DNA of 64,000 nucleotides from Escherichia coli 042 (GTDB lineage Bacteria; Pseudomonadota; Gammaproteobacteria; Enterobacterales; Enterobacteriaceae): NCBI RefSeq assembly GCF_000027125.1, contig NC_017626.1; one strand, 5' to 3'. Shown piece by piece: positions 20,770 to 31,792 of this stretch (position 1 is its first letter; each line of letters starts with the position of its first letter). The notes under the pieces were generated by a model. It saw only the letters and a program-made list of their open reading frames with translations, ran no database searches and was not told where the DNA came from. The position numbers and the translations under genes were made by a program.

Positions 20770-20949
20770 CAGCTTCCTTGTGTGACAAATTTCTTAAGCA
20801 TTATCTCTGATGAGGCGGGTAATTCAAAGGGAGTAAGAATGATTGGCTATATAGGGGAAGAGACTCTGGCAACGGAAACTGCCAGTGCTGTATGAAGATT
20901 CCAGGGCTATGCTTATAGTGAAAACCATACTGATGAGAGAGGGAAGGTC

Positions 20950-21180
20950 ATGGATCAGGCGCTACTGGACGGGGGTTATCGCTGTTATACCGGCGAAAAG
21001 ATCGATGTCTATTTCAATACTGCGATATGTCAGCATTCTGGCAATTGCGTACGTGGCAACGGCAAGTTATTTAATCTCAAACGAAAGCCGTGGATCATGC
21101 CGGATGAAGTCGACGTTGCCACTGTGGTTAAAGTGATTGATACGTGCCCGAGCGGCGCGCTGAAATACCGTCATAAATAA
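20950..21180 (+). CDS. yjdI: YjdI (76 aa, Cys-rich)
   Basis: Sequence recognised. Confidence 0.9.
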   Translation: MDQALLDGGYRCYTGEKIDVYFNTAICQHSGNCVRGNGKLFNLKRKPWIMPDEVDVATVVKVIDTCPSGALKYRHK

Positions 21181-21191
21181 GCGAGGGTAAA

Positions 21192-21464
21192 ATGGAAATA
21201 CGCGAAGGCCACAATAAATTTTACATTAATGACGAACAGGGCAAGCAAATCGCTGAAATTGTCTTTGTGCCGACCGGAGAGAATTTAGCGATTATCGAAC
21301 ATACCGATGTCGATGAAAGCCTGAAAGGGCAAGGGATTGGTAAACAGCTGGTTGCGAAAGTCGTGGAAAAAATGCGTCGGGAAAAACGAAAAATTATCCC
21401 ACTATGCCCATTTGCGAAACACGAATTTGATAAAACGCGTGAGTATGATGATATTCGAAGTTGA
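21192..21464 (+). CDS. yjdJ: GNAT acetyltransferase YjdJ (90 aa)
   Basis: Sequence recognised. Confidence 0.9.
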   Translation: MEIREGHNKFYINDEQGKQIAEIVFVPTGENLAIIEHTDVDESLKGQGIGKQLVAKVVEKMRREKRKIIPLCPFAKHEFDKTREYDDIRS

Positions 21465-21692
21465 TGGGAGAGTACAGAGTCACGATATTTTTCTTGCTCT
21501 CCGCGGTGTGATGCAGGAGAGTATCTGAAGGGTAGGGGGATGCACAAAGAATGGTCAGAGAGAGCGTTTTTTTGTCCCAAGTCATCCCCTTTACTGAGCA
21601 AAAAAAAAAGAATATCTCCTATATGAAAATCATCGATCGGGGTTAATAAGTTTTGCGTCCCCAGAGCGTTCAATATTGATAGGAGTCATATT

Positions 21693-21989
21693 ATGGAAGG
21701 TAAAAACAAGTTCAATACTTATGTTGTTTCTTTTGATTATCCATCATCTTATTCCTCAGTGTTCTTAAGGTTAAGATCATTGATGTATGATATGAATTTC
21801 TCCTCTATCGTGGCTGATGAATATGGGATACCACGACAATTGAATGAAAACTCCTTCGCAATAACGACATCGTTAGCCGCAAGTGAAATCGAAGATTTAA
21901 TCAGGCTTAAATGCTTAGACTTACCGGATATTGACTTTGACCTCAACATTATGACAGTTGATGATTATTTCCGTCAGTTTTACAAGTAG
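21693..21989 (+). CDS. ghoS: GhoS (YjdK) type V antitoxin endoribonuclease (98 aa)
   Basis: 98-aa protein upstream of ghoT. Confidence 0.9.
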   Translation: MEGKNKFNTYVVSFDYPSSYSSVFLRLRSLMYDMNFSSIVADEYGIPRQLNENSFAITTSLAASEIEDLIRLKCLDLPDIDFDLNIMTVDDYFRQFYK

Positions 21990-22016
21990 CCAGGAAGGAT
22001 AAGAAGAACATAAAAA

Positions 22017-22190
22017 ATGGCACTATTCTCTAAAATATTAATTTTTTATGTGATTGGTGTGAACATATCCTTTGTCATTATCTGGTTTATCTCACATGAG
22101 AAAACACATATTCGTTTACTTAGTGCATTCCTGGTCGGAATAACCTGGCCAATGAGTCTGCCTGTGGCATTACTTTTTTCTCTCTTTTAG
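22017..22190 (+). CDS. ghoT: GhoT (YjdO) 57-aa membrane-lytic toxin (MALFSKILIFYVIGVNISFVIIWFISHEK...)
   Basis: ORF below the ORF-track cutoff, found by reading the sequence; two predicted TM helices. Confidence 0.85.
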   Translation: MALFSKILIFYVIGVNISFVIIWFISHEKTHIRLLSAFLVGITWPMSLPVALLFSLF

Positions 22191-22308
22191 GAGCTGTAGT
22201 TGAGTGGACCCGCTGGTTATCTTGAAACGAAGCGTCTCTCCTCATAACTGGATTTGCGGAACGACGAACGAAGCAGTCGCCTGACTGCTTCGTTCATTTA
22301 AGTGAAAT

Positions 22309-23826
22309 TTATTTCTGTGGGCGCATCGCCGGGAAGAGAATAACGTCGCGAATAGTATGGCTGTTAGTAAACAGCATAATCATTCGGTCGATACCAATAC
22401 CCAGACCAGCGGTTGGCGGCAGACCATATTCCAGCGCAGTCACGTAATCTTCGTCATAGAACATGGCTTCGTCGTCACCTGCAGCTTTAGCGTTAACCTG
22501 TTCCTGGAAACGTTCAGCCTGATCTTCTGCGTCGTTTAATTCGCTAAAACCATTACCGATTTCACGACCACCGATGAAGAATTCAAATCGGTCGGTGATT
22601 TCCGGGTTAACATCATTACGGCGCGCCAGCGGAGACACTTCTGCCGGATATTCCGTAATAAAGGTTGGCTGAATCAGATGTGCTTCTGCCACTTCATCAA
22701 AGATCTCCGTAACAATACGTCCCAGACCCCAGCTTTTCTCTACCGTAATTCCGATAGATTCAGCTAATGCTTTAGCAGCATCAAAATTATCCAGGTCGGC
22801 CATATCGGTTTCTGGACGATATTTTTTGATTGCTTCGCGCATGGTGAGTTTTTCAAACGGTTTGCCGAAATCAAACACATGCTCGCCATAAGTGACTTTA
22901 GTGGTACCAAGAACCTCTTGTGCCAGGGTGCGGAACAGGGACTCCGTCAGTTCAATCAAATCGTGGTAATCCGCATACGCCATGTAGAGTTCCATCATTG
23001 TGAACTCAGGATTATGGCGAACAGAAATACCTTCATTACGGAAGTTACGGTTGATTTCGAATACCCGTTCAAAACCGCCTACAACCAGACGTTTCAGATA
23101 CAGCTCTGGCGCGATACGCAGGTACATATCTAAATCCAGAGCGTTATGATGGGTAATAAACGGGCGAGCAGATGCCCCACCTGGAATTACCTGCATCATC
23201 GGGGTTTCTACTTCCATAAAGCCGCGCGCGACCATGAACTGACGGATAGCGGCCAGAATTTTTGAACGGACAACAAACGTTTGACGGGATTTATCGTTAG
23301 CGATGAGGTCCAGATAACGTTGACGATAACGGACTTCCTGATCCTGCAGACCATGGAATTTATCTGGTAAAGGACGTAGTGCTTTAGTCAGCAGGCGCAG
23401 CTCAGTACAGTGAATGGAAAGCTCACCCGTTTGCGTCTTAAACAGCGTACCGCGGGCACCGATAATGTCACCCAGATCCCATTTTTTAAACTGATCGTTA
23501 TAAACACCTTCTGGCAGGCTATCTCTTGCAACGTACAGTTGAATACGGCCACCGACATCCTGCAACGTTACAAAGGAGGCTTTCCCCATGATACGACGGG
23601 TCATCATTCGGCCAGCAACCGAGACTTCAATGTTTAAGGATTCCAGTTCCTGGTTATCCTTCGCATCAAACTCTTCGTGCAACTGGTCAGAGGTATGGTC
23701 GCGGCGAAAATCATTGGGAAACGCCACACCTTGCTGACGTAGTGCCGCCAGTTTTTCGCGGCGATTTCTCAGTTCATCGTTAAAATCAATAGCCTCATTG
23801 GCTCCCCGTGTTTCTCGTTCAGACAT
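22309..23826 (-). CDS. lysU: Lysine-tRNA ligase, heat-inducible LysU (505 aa from [11 protein letters not shown])
   Basis: Class II aaRS; ATG at 23824-23826. The ORF-track start is a 9-aa extension. Confidence 0.95.
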   Translation of the reverse strand: MSERETRGANEAIDFNDELRNRREKLAALRQQGVAFPNDFRRDHTSDQLHEEFDAKDNQELESLNIEVSVAGRMMTRRIMGKASFVTLQDVGGRIQLYVARDSLPEGVYNDQFKKWDLGDIIGARGTLFKTQTGELSIHCTELRLLTKALRPLPDKFHGLQDQEVRYRQRYLDLIANDKSRQTFVVRSKILAAIRQFMVARGFMEVETPMMQVIPGGASARPFITHHNALDLDMYLRIAPELYLKRLVVGGFERVFEINRNFRNEGISVRHNPEFTMMELYMAYADYHDLIELTESLFRTLAQEVLGTTKVTYGEHVFDFGKPFEKLTMREAIKKYRPETDMADLDNFDAAKALAESIGITVEKSWGLGRIVTEIFDEVAEAHLIQPTFITEYPAEVSPLARRNDVNPEITDRFEFFIGGREIGNGFSELNDAEDQAERFQEQVNAKAAGDDEAMFYDEDYVTALEYGLPPTAGLGIGIDRMIMLFTNSHTIRDVILFPAMRPQK

Positions 23827-24062
23827 TTTGGTTCCTCTAAATCCAGCTTTCAATTTAGCGTAGATAAAGAGACAGATCGGTACACTGTATTATCTGCCTC
23901 GACTATTAATAACTCAGTTTATCTTATCGAAACTAACGCTTACCTCAAGTTGATATCACTAATAAATAACCATAAAAATGGTTTAAATGACTTATTAATC
24001 TCGATTTGCTAGTGTGATAAACTGAAAGTTAATTTATTCATAACCAATTGTTTTTACGACAG

Positions 24063-25520
24063 TTAATCGTTGCTCTCCTGTATCATATTCGTCGGCGTGC
24101 TAAACAGAAAACGGGTAGCAAAGGCCAATACCACGATGATCGCGACACAAGCCAACGTCCACTCTCCCATCTGAGAAAAGAATCGCTGGTAAGCGGCAAT
24201 TGCCATACCGCTAATTTGCGACTCTGTCGTCTGCTGTGCCACGACGCCTGCCAGCCAGTTGGCGACCGCGCCTGTTGCCAGCATATAAATACCGGTTAAT
24301 ACGCCAGACATTTTCAGACGCGTGATTTGCGCAATCGCCACCGGGTCAATAAAGAGTTCAGCAAAGCCCATTAGCGCCAGCCCGGATACCATCACGCCCA
24401 TTGACGCTTGACCGCCAGCCGCTGCATGTCGGGCATCAAATGCCAGCAACATAAAGCCACAAGCCATCAGCAGTAAGCCAAAGGCAAACTTCAGCCAGAC
24501 GCGCAATGCTGAATTGCCGCGGCTTTCTGGCGACGCCAGCCAGGCCAGAACAACCCCAGCGAGCATCACCGCAATGGCATTCACCGACTGGAATAGTGCT
24601 GTAGGTACTTCAATATTGAATGCCTGACGATTCACAAAGCGATCGATAAACAAGCTGATGGTACTGCCGCCCTGTTGTGCCAGTACCCAGAACAACGTCC
24701 CGACAAACATCAACAATACAATTTGCCAAAGAGCACGGCGGTGTTCGGGGAATTTGATCATCATGCGGGCAATGATTTGTGCTGCAATGAGGCAAACGAT
24801 CGCCAGCAAATATCCGGACCAGTCGTTCTCCAGCAGCAGGGTAAAAAATACTGGGGCTAAACAGAGCATCACCACTAACCAGCTCCATACTGGTAAGGCA
24901 AATTTGACGCTAGTGAGCGCTTTCTTATCCATACTACGCGTGGACTGGAAATGACGATGACCGCTTAAGAAAATCAACAAACCGATAAACATGCCGCCAC
25001 CCGCAAGGGCAAAGCCAACATGCCATCCATACCACTGAGCAGCCAGGCCGCAGGCGATGGGGGCGGCGATAGAACCGATATTGCCTGCAGCATACAGCAG
25101 CGAAAAACCGCCATCACGTCGATGATCGTTCTCGTCGTAGAGCTCGCCAAGCAAACAGCTGATGTTTGATTTGAATAAACCGTAGCCACAAATAATGATT
25201 GCCAGCGCCAGATACAGGCTAAAGGTTGAATTTGTATCAATGCCCAGCACTACATGGCCAAGGGTCATTAACAGCGCGCCGGCAATCACTGCAGTGCGGT
25301 TGCCGAGCAGGCGGTCGGCAAGCCAGCCGCCGAGAATAGGGGTAACGTAAACCAGAGAAGCATATGCGCTGAACAGGCTGATGGCATGGTTATCATCAAA
25401 ACCAAGCTGATGGGTGAGATAGAGAATGAGTAAGGCACGCATGCCGTAAAAACTGAAGTACTCCCAGATTTGGATCGCCACGATATAGTATATCGCGCGC
25501 GGCTGTGAGGGTGTTTTCAT
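24063..25520 (-). CDS. dtpC: Dipeptide/tripeptide:H+ symporter DtpC/YjdL (485 aa)
   Basis: POT-family transporter; length matches. Confidence 0.95.
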   Translation of the reverse strand: MKTPSQPRAIYYIVAIQIWEYFSFYGMRALLILYLTHQLGFDDNHAISLFSAYASLVYVTPILGGWLADRLLGNRTAVIAGALLMTLGHVVLGIDTNSTFSLYLALAIIICGYGLFKSNISCLLGELYDENDHRRDGGFSLLYAAGNIGSIAAPIACGLAAQWYGWHVGFALAGGGMFIGLLIFLSGHRHFQSTRSMDKKALTSVKFALPVWSWLVVMLCLAPVFFTLLLENDWSGYLLAIVCLIAAQIIARMMIKFPEHRRALWQIVLLMFVGTLFWVLAQQGGSTISLFIDRFVNRQAFNIEVPTALFQSVNAIAVMLAGVVLAWLASPESRGNSALRVWLKFAFGLLLMACGFMLLAFDARHAAAGGQASMGVMVSGLALMGFAELFIDPVAIAQITRLKMSGVLTGIYMLATGAVANWLAGVVAQQTTESQISGMAIAAYQRFFSQMGEWTLACVAIIVVLAFATRFLFSTPTNMIQESND

Positions 25521-25536
25521 GTGTTCTCCTTATGAG

Positions 25537-25567
25537 CAAAAAAGGGAAGTGGCAAGCCACTTCCCTT
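25537..25567 (-). terminator. Rho-independent terminator after cadA (GGGAAGTGG..CCACTTCCC + T6 on the minus strand)
   Basis: Hairpin 25544-25567 followed on the minus strand by TTTTTTGCTCAT, between the cadA stop and the dtpC start. Confidence 0.55.
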
Positions 25568-25578
25568 GTACGAGCTAA

Positions 25579-27726
25579 TTATTTTTTGCTTTCTTCTTTC
25601 AATACCTTAACGGTATAGCGGCCATCAGCCTGACGGTATGCACCGTGAATATCGGTTTCAAAGCCCGGATAGTGAGCGCCGATTTCACACAGCATCTGCA
25701 GGAACTCCAGAACCGGACGGCTTTCTTCGGTGATCATTTCACCCGGCATTACCAGAGGAACTCCCGGCGGATACGGAAGGATCATATTGGCGTTAATACG
25801 ACCGACCATTTCGTCGAGGTAAACTTCTTCGGTCATACCGTGCAGCTCTTTCTGGAACGCAGCATACGGAGTCATTACCATTGTCGGCAGCACTTCAAAT
25901 GCGCGATACATCAGATCCGGCAGATTGTGGTGAACAATCAGTTTGTGGATATTCTGAGCCAGTTCCTGAATACGCATGTTTTCATAGAATTCAGGATCTT
26001 CACGATACAGAGACGGCAGCATGTTTTTCACACGCAGGTTCAGATCGAACGCACGTTTGAAGTCAGTCAGAGCACGCAGCAGGCTCAGTGCTTTGGTCTT
26101 ATCGATACCGATGCTGAACAGGAACAGCAGGTTATACGGACCGGTTTTCTCAACAACGATGCCATGTTCGTCGAGGTATTTCGCCACGATGCTGGCCGGA
26201 ATACCGAAGTCGCTCATGGTGCCGTCTTTTTCCATCCCCGGAGTCAGCAGGGTGACTTTGATCGGGTCAAGATACATGTGCTCGTTATCGATGTTTTTGA
26301 AGCCGTGCCAGGTGCTGTCAGAACGCAGCGGCCAGCATTCAGTCGTATCGATATGATCCGGCTGCCATACATCAAAGAACCAGCCATCAGATTCCGTTCT
26401 CAGGCGTTTGATCTCTTTACGGAATTTGATCGCACGTTCAATGGAACCGTTGATCAGACGCTTACCAGCATTACCTTTCATCATCGCCGCAGCGGTTTCA
26501 GTGGACGCCACGATACCGTAGTGCGGAGAAGTGGTGGTGTGCATCATGTAGGCTTCGTTAAAGGTTTCTTCGTTTACGTCACCTTTAACGTGGATCATGG
26601 AAGCCTGAGAGAATGCCGCCAGCAGTTTGTGAGTGGACTGGGTTTCGTAAATCACTTTCCCTTCTACACGGCCACCGCTCATACCGCATTTACCTTCGTA
26701 AATCGGTGAGAAGTTGGTGTAAGGCACCCACGCGGAGTCAAAGTGGATGGATTTGACATCCAGTGTTTTCTTGATGAAGTCGGTGTTGTACAGCAGACCA
26801 TCATAGGTAGAGTTAGTAATTACAGCATGTACCGGCCAGGTTGCGTTTGGTGTTTCTTTCACGCGCTTAGCAATGGTAGCGTGCTGGAATTCACTCTGTG
26901 GGATACCACCAAGAATACCGTAAGCGTTACGGGTCGGGCGGAAATAGATTGGCGTAACATCGCTCATCATCATCAGGTGGGTCAGCGATTTGTGGCAGTT
27001 ACGGTCAATCAGAATGGTGCTGCCTGCCGGAGCTGAGTACATACCAACAATTTTGTTCGCAGTGGAAGTACCGTTGGTCACCATGTAGCTGCGGTCTGCG
27101 TTAAAGACGCGAGCAATATACTGTTCTGCTTCTTTGTGTGGACCACTGTGATCCAGCAGAGAACCCAGTTCAGATACTGAAATGGAAATATCAGATTTCA
27201 TGGTGTTCGGACCAAAGAAATCATAGAACAGGCTACCTACCGGGCTTTTCTGGAATGCAGTACCGCCCATGTGACCAGGAGTACAGAAAGTATATTTACC
27301 TTCACGAACATATTTAAACAATGCTTTGGTCAGCGGAGGCAGAATAGTGTTGATATATTCGTCAGTGGTCTGCTTGATCTTGTTAGCAATATCTTCAGCA
27401 GCACCCAGCGCATATTCAAAGAAGCTAATCTGTAAACGCAGGTCATTCAGGCTTACATCGAGAGTGGAATACGTATTAGCGAACGCGTACAACGGCAGGT
27501 TCTCGTTCATTTTGCTAATTTCTTCGCACAGCTCGAGATTATATTTATCCCAGTCAAAAATAACGCCGCACAGACGCGCATTGTTTTCGATCAGTTTTAA
27601 TAAGTCGTCACGGTCGTTCGGGTAAACAATCTGGAAGTTCAGACGTTCAAGCGCGCGATGAAGTTCACGGATGGGTTCTTCTTTAAAATAAACCCCCATG
27701 TGATTCAATATTGCAATAACGTTCAT
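25579..27726 (-). CDS. cadA: Inducible lysine decarboxylase CadA (715 aa from MNVIAILNHM)
   Basis: Full-length CadA; ATG at 27724-27726. Confidence 0.95.
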   Translation of the reverse strand: MNVIAILNHMGVYFKEEPIRELHRALERLNFQIVYPNDRDDLLKLIENNARLCGVIFDWDKYNLELCEEISKMNENLPLYAFANTYSTLDVSLNDLRLQISFFEYALGAAEDIANKIKQTTDEYINTILPPLTKALFKYVREGKYTFCTPGHMGGTAFQKSPVGSLFYDFFGPNTMKSDISISVSELGSLLDHSGPHKEAEQYIARVFNADRSYMVTNGTSTANKIVGMYSAPAGSTILIDRNCHKSLTHLMMMSDVTPIYFRPTRNAYGILGGIPQSEFQHATIAKRVKETPNATWPVHAVITNSTYDGLLYNTDFIKKTLDVKSIHFDSAWVPYTNFSPIYEGKCGMSGGRVEGKVIYETQSTHKLLAAFSQASMIHVKGDVNEETFNEAYMMHTTTSPHYGIVASTETAAAMMKGNAGKRLINGSIERAIKFRKEIKRLRTESDGWFFDVWQPDHIDTTECWPLRSDSTWHGFKNIDNEHMYLDPIKVTLLTPGMEKDGTMSDFGIPASIVAKYLDEHGIVVEKTGPYNLLFLFSIGIDKTKALSLLRALTDFKRAFDLNLRVKNMLPSLYREDPEFYENMRIQELAQNIHKLIVHHNLPDLMYRAFEVLPTMVMTPYAAFQKELHGMTEEVYLDEMVGRINANMILPYPPGVPLVMPGEMITEESRPVLEFLQMLCEIGAHYPGFETDIHGAYRQADGRYTVKVLKEESKK

Positions 27727-27805
27727 AGTCATATCTCCAGGTAAAAAAGGCCCCTCCCAACACATGGGACAAAATGAAAGGAGGAGCCTCGGAAAATACT
27801 TTTAA

Positions 27806-29140
27806 TTAATGTGCGTTAGACGCGGTGTGGTTATCCATTGAGTGGCTCTGGCGCTCGTGCATTTTGCGAGCGTAGAACATCAGAATAATCAGGCTGACGA
27901 TGAAGGTACCTGCCAGCTCGAAGGAGCTTGCGCCCATCAGCGCGATGAAGCAGAACACGCAACCCAGTACAGAGCAGATCAGGCTGACAAAGTTGCGGAT
28001 GTTAACGCCTTCAAAACGAATCAGGTCAACGCAAGAGTAGAAGTACGGCAGCATAGTCAGCAGTACTGCGATACCGGTCAGTTCACCGAACAGGTCAGAT
28101 GCTTTACCACCGGCAGAGTTCATCAGAGTGATGAGGATCATCAGGGCAGTCATTTTCACTGCAGCCAGCAGCAGACCTTTTTTCGGAATACCGTTGCTGT
28201 CGACTTCACCATAAACTTTCGGGAAGTTACCGTCGTTAGCGGCACGTACACCTGCCTGGCCTACCAACATCATCCAGGAGCCCAGAGAAGTCAGGCACGC
28301 AAAGGCGGTGAATGCAGAAACCAGCGGCGCAGCCCAGTTACCGAGGATAGTTGAAGCACTGATTGCAAACGGAGCACCGGAAGCTGCCATTACAGAAGAC
28401 GGATACATACCGGAAAGCACCTGAGTCGCAGCGATATAAACAATACCTGCTAAACCAGTACCCAGCATGGTTGCCAGCGGAACGGTACGTTTCGGGTTTT
28501 TAACCATACCAGTACTTACTGCTGCGGATTCAACACCCACGAAGGCCCACAGGCAGAGCAGAATACTTTTAATGATCGCATGACCATCAGTGGTATCCGC
28601 AGTATTCCAGTTAGCTGCATAAGTTGCAGCATCAAACCAATGCCAGCCAACAATAGCAGTCATCACCACAGGAATAAGAACCAGCACCAGACCAATAGTG
28701 GTTAAACGGCTTACCCAGGTACCGCCGAGCATATTTACAAAGGTAAATACCCAGACGATAGCAATACAGGCGATACCCGCCGGAACAGGATCATTTAATA
28801 CTGGGAAGAAGGTGGAAAGATAAGATACAGCGGTAATACCAATCGCCAGGTTACCAATCCAGTTAGCATGGTAATAAAGAACACCTGTCTGAAAACCAAA
28901 TGCAGGGGAAATTTCTCCGGCATAAGCAATTGGGCCACCTTGTTGCGGGTTTTTTGTTGCCAGTCGGGCATATACATACGCCAGCGACATTGCACCAATA
29001 ATAGAGATAATCCAACCCCAGATAGCAATACCACCGATACTTGCTAGGTTCGCAGGTAATAATGCAATACCGCTCCCCATCATATTACCGGCAACCACAC
29101 CGGTACAGGCAAATAGCCCGATCTTCTTGGCAGAACTCAT
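27806..29140 (-). CDS. cadB: Lysine:cadaverine antiporter CadB (444 aa)
   Basis: APC-family transporter; length matches. Confidence 0.95.
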   Translation of the reverse strand: MSSAKKIGLFACTGVVAGNMMGSGIALLPANLASIGGIAIWGWIISIIGAMSLAYVYARLATKNPQQGGPIAYAGEISPAFGFQTGVLYYHANWIGNLAIGITAVSYLSTFFPVLNDPVPAGIACIAIVWVFTFVNMLGGTWVSRLTTIGLVLVLIPVVMTAIVGWHWFDAATYAANWNTADTTDGHAIIKSILLCLWAFVGVESAAVSTGMVKNPKRTVPLATMLGTGLAGIVYIAATQVLSGMYPSSVMAASGAPFAISASTILGNWAAPLVSAFTAFACLTSLGSWMMLVGQAGVRAANDGNFPKVYGEVDSNGIPKKGLLLAAVKMTALMILITLMNSAGGKASDLFGELTGIAVLLTMLPYFYSCVDLIRFEGVNIRNFVSLICSVLGCVFCFIALMGASSFELAGTFIVSLIILMFYARKMHERQSHSMDNHTASNAH

Positions 29141-29505
29141 GCTCTTCTCCTAATTTCATTTTTGAATTTGGAGTCCGGGTCATGATGTATAACTATTTCC
29201 TGACCAGACCAAACTGGCGCTAAGAATACTCACGAAAAAAGGATTAATCCTAAAGATTAGGTGAAATAACACAAAAGTTTCTGTAAGTGAGAACTTGAGG
29301 TTTTTTATTAACACATCAGGATCGCAAGTTGATATCATGAAAAGATAAACATTCAATGTTTACAATGGATTGCGGGACATTTTCTGGTTAAATTTATGTA
29401 ATAAAAATTATGCGGCAAATAAATTGCCGCAACATATTATACCAACAGAAACATACAAAAACTCAACAATAAATATTGCCGAGCATAAATCAACCCGGGA
29501 GTTAC
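29141..29505 (-). promoter_or_regulatory. cadBA promoter region (Pcad; CadC/H-NS-controlled in K-12)
   Basis: 365-bp AT-rich intergenic region between cadC and cadB; individual Cad1/Cad2 sites not resolved. Confidence 0.55.
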
Positions 29506-31044
29506 TTATTCTGAAGCGAGAAATTTGTCGAGATAAGGTACAACATAAGGAACAGAAGTCTGGAATATACCATTTTCAATCCAGTAAAGGGTGTTTGCCC
29601 CTGGGCGTAAATTAAAGGCGGTGAGATATGCATCAGCTGCTTCCCGGTTCATCCCCTTCATTTCATAAACCTTGCCAAGCAACACATAATTTAGCCAGGA
29701 CATTTCAAGATCAATGCCAGTATTTATCGCCTGGTAAGACTCATCTGTTTTACCTTTTACCAGAGCACTGACCGCTTTTATTTGATATATAATGGACAGG
29801 TTATTCAATTCCGGTAGTGTAACAATGTTATCTATTTCTGTGTTCAGTGCTGCTAATTGTTTTTCATCTAAAGGATGTTGAGAATGGCGCACGATATCAA
29901 CTAATGCTTTTTCTGCTCTCGCGTAGGTAAATTCTGGGGATGATTGAACAATCTCACCTAATAATTCACTGGCACGGTTCAATGATTTATCATCGCCATG
30001 CAGTAAATAATCATGTGCCTGATAAAAATTAGTTAATAACGCACCACGATGAGGCAAAATTTGCTGGAGCATCTCCTGCATTCGTTGTGGCCACGGTTGG
30101 TTTAACGCTTTTGATAAACTCTGGAGTAAATCATTTTGAATCGCCAGCTGATTACCGTTAGTGATGACATAACGTTTATCCAGCATGGTTGAACCATCTG
30201 CATTGTCTACCAATTTTACCGACATAAAGCATTGTTGAGCACGGTATTGGCGCTGATTAACAAACGCAATAGATAATGTTTTACCGGAACTGCTCGGTTC
30301 ATCAATGTTGTAGTTGATTTTGTCATGCACCATAAAGGTGGAGAAGGTGTTAAGTGATGTCGCCACCAAATCACCCACGCCTATCGCGTAAGAGAGCTGA
30401 TACGGGGAACTCCAGCTGTTACAACTTTTATTTACCATATTAATGTCAATATCGCGTGGATTGAGCAAAATACGCGATTTGCTCATCGGAAGACGTGTAT
30501 CAAGACTTGAAAACGCTACCAGTGCTACACAGATACCTAACGACAACAGGAAAAAAAACCATACCCAAAAGGTAGTGAATCGTTTGCTTTTAACTGGGGA
30601 TTGTTCAGGTGGCGTTGCGGTGTTTTGAATGTTAAGACTGTGGGAGGGAGAATCTGTGTCAGGAACCGCCTCTGGTATAGGGGGAGGCGAAGATAGCATT
30701 ATTTCCTCTCCCTCTTCTTCGCTGTACCAGATAACCGGCACCATTAATTTATAGCCGCGCTTTGGTACAGTAGCGATATAGACAGGACTATCTTCATCAT
30801 TATCTTTTAATGACTTACGTAGTTCTGAGATACTCTGCGTCACAACGTGATTGGTGACAATACTTCTCTTCCAGACATTATCGATAAGTTCATCCCTGCT
30901 AAGTACTTCGCCACTGTGTTGAGCAAAGAAAACCAGAAGATCGATTAATCTCGGCTCAAGGGTAAGTTGACGCCCATTGCGGCTAATTTGGTTTATGGAC
31001 GGAGTAACAAGCCATTCGCCAACGCGAACTACAGGTTGTTGCAT
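29506..31044 (-). CDS. cadC: ToxR-like membrane-bound transcriptional activator CadC (512 aa)
   Basis: N-terminal winged-helix DNA-binding domain, one TM segment and a periplasmic sensor domain; length matches. Confidence 0.95.
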   Translation of the reverse strand: MQQPVVRVGEWLVTPSINQISRNGRQLTLEPRLIDLLVFFAQHSGEVLSRDELIDNVWKRSIVTNHVVTQSISELRKSLKDNDEDSPVYIATVPKRGYKLMVPVIWYSEEEGEEIMLSSPPPIPEAVPDTDSPSHSLNIQNTATPPEQSPVKSKRFTTFWVWFFFLLSLGICVALVAFSSLDTRLPMSKSRILLNPRDIDINMVNKSCNSWSSPYQLSYAIGVGDLVATSLNTFSTFMVHDKINYNIDEPSSSGKTLSIAFVNQRQYRAQQCFMSVKLVDNADGSTMLDKRYVITNGNQLAIQNDLLQSLSKALNQPWPQRMQEMLQQILPHRGALLTNFYQAHDYLLHGDDKSLNRASELLGEIVQSSPEFTYARAEKALVDIVRHSQHPLDEKQLAALNTEIDNIVTLPELNNLSIIYQIKAVSALVKGKTDESYQAINTGIDLEMSWLNYVLLGKVYEMKGMNREAADAYLTAFNLRPGANTLYWIENGIFQTSVPYVVPYLDKFLASE

Positions 31045-31624
31045 AATAGAAACTCATTCGAAAAGGGAATGATGCAATGATAATTGCCACAACCTATTTT
31101 TACCATCTATAGATGGGTTTATTTACATATTATTGGTGAATGCAAGACGTTATTTTTACCAGACATAAACTTCTTGATCACATAGTATTGAGAAAGGATT
31201 TTACTGAGAACCAGAAGTAATATTCCTTACCATCAAAATTCATCATCTTTGCCAAAGAAAAATGTTCAGAAAATAATCCATGGAAAATTGTCCGGAGCGC
31301 TTACTATTTTAATGGATTGTTAGTCTTTGCATGAGCAAGCGGACTGATACATTTCTCTTTGTTCTCATTCAGAAAATCTCATCAGTCGGCGTTCAGACCG
31401 GTGTTGTGCTTTATGGATGCGTTACGCTCCTGATGACGTCATTTGACATTCAACAGCATCACGGGGTCGCACGACATTTCACGTCAGTCAGCGCTATAGC
31501 TCAGGAACAAATTTTCCCGAATTGGGATATACCCGCAAAATGCTGGTGTTGTGGGGAGAATTTGGTTGAGTTCGGTAGAAATGATTTTTAGGCAGAACGC
31601 TTAAATTGTGGCGTCCTGAAACGA

Positions 31625-31651
31625 AAAACGGACCTCCGTGGAGGTCCGTTT
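31625..31651 (-). terminator. Rho-independent terminator (AAACGGACCTCC gtg GGAGGTCCGTTT + T-rich on the minus strand); probably the ancestral pheU terminator
   Basis: Perfect 12-bp-arm hairpin directly 3' (on the minus strand) of the tRNA-Phe remnant, followed by TTTTCGTTTC. Confidence 0.6.
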
Positions 31652-31660
31652 ATATGAATT

Positions 31661-31682
31661 TGGTGCCGGACTCGGAATCGAA
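31661..31682 (-). other. pheU: 22-nt remnant of the tRNA-Phe (pheU) 3' end: island attachment-site direct repeat / left junction
   Basis: TGGTGCCGGACTCGGAATCGAA matches the reverse complement of the tRNA-Phe 3' end (one C missing); no 5' part of the tRNA follows. Confidence 0.7.
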
Positions 31683-31792
31683 AATTTCTTTTATCATATT
31701 GATATTAATATAATTTATTTGGTTTGATTAAAAATGTACCCTCAATTATACCCGCAGTCCCTTTTGATATCGAAAGGGAATCACACTCGGGA

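Noticed and set aside
25645-26709. 354-aa ORF on the + strand
   Set aside because: Antisense to cadA; the protein is low-complexity (F/R/H-rich); rejected as non-coding.
31331-31591. 86-aa ORF between cadC and the pheU remnant
   Set aside because: No convincing RBS; lies in the cadC upstream / old pheU flank. Treated as non-coding, though a K-12 annotated small pseudogene here cannot be excluded.
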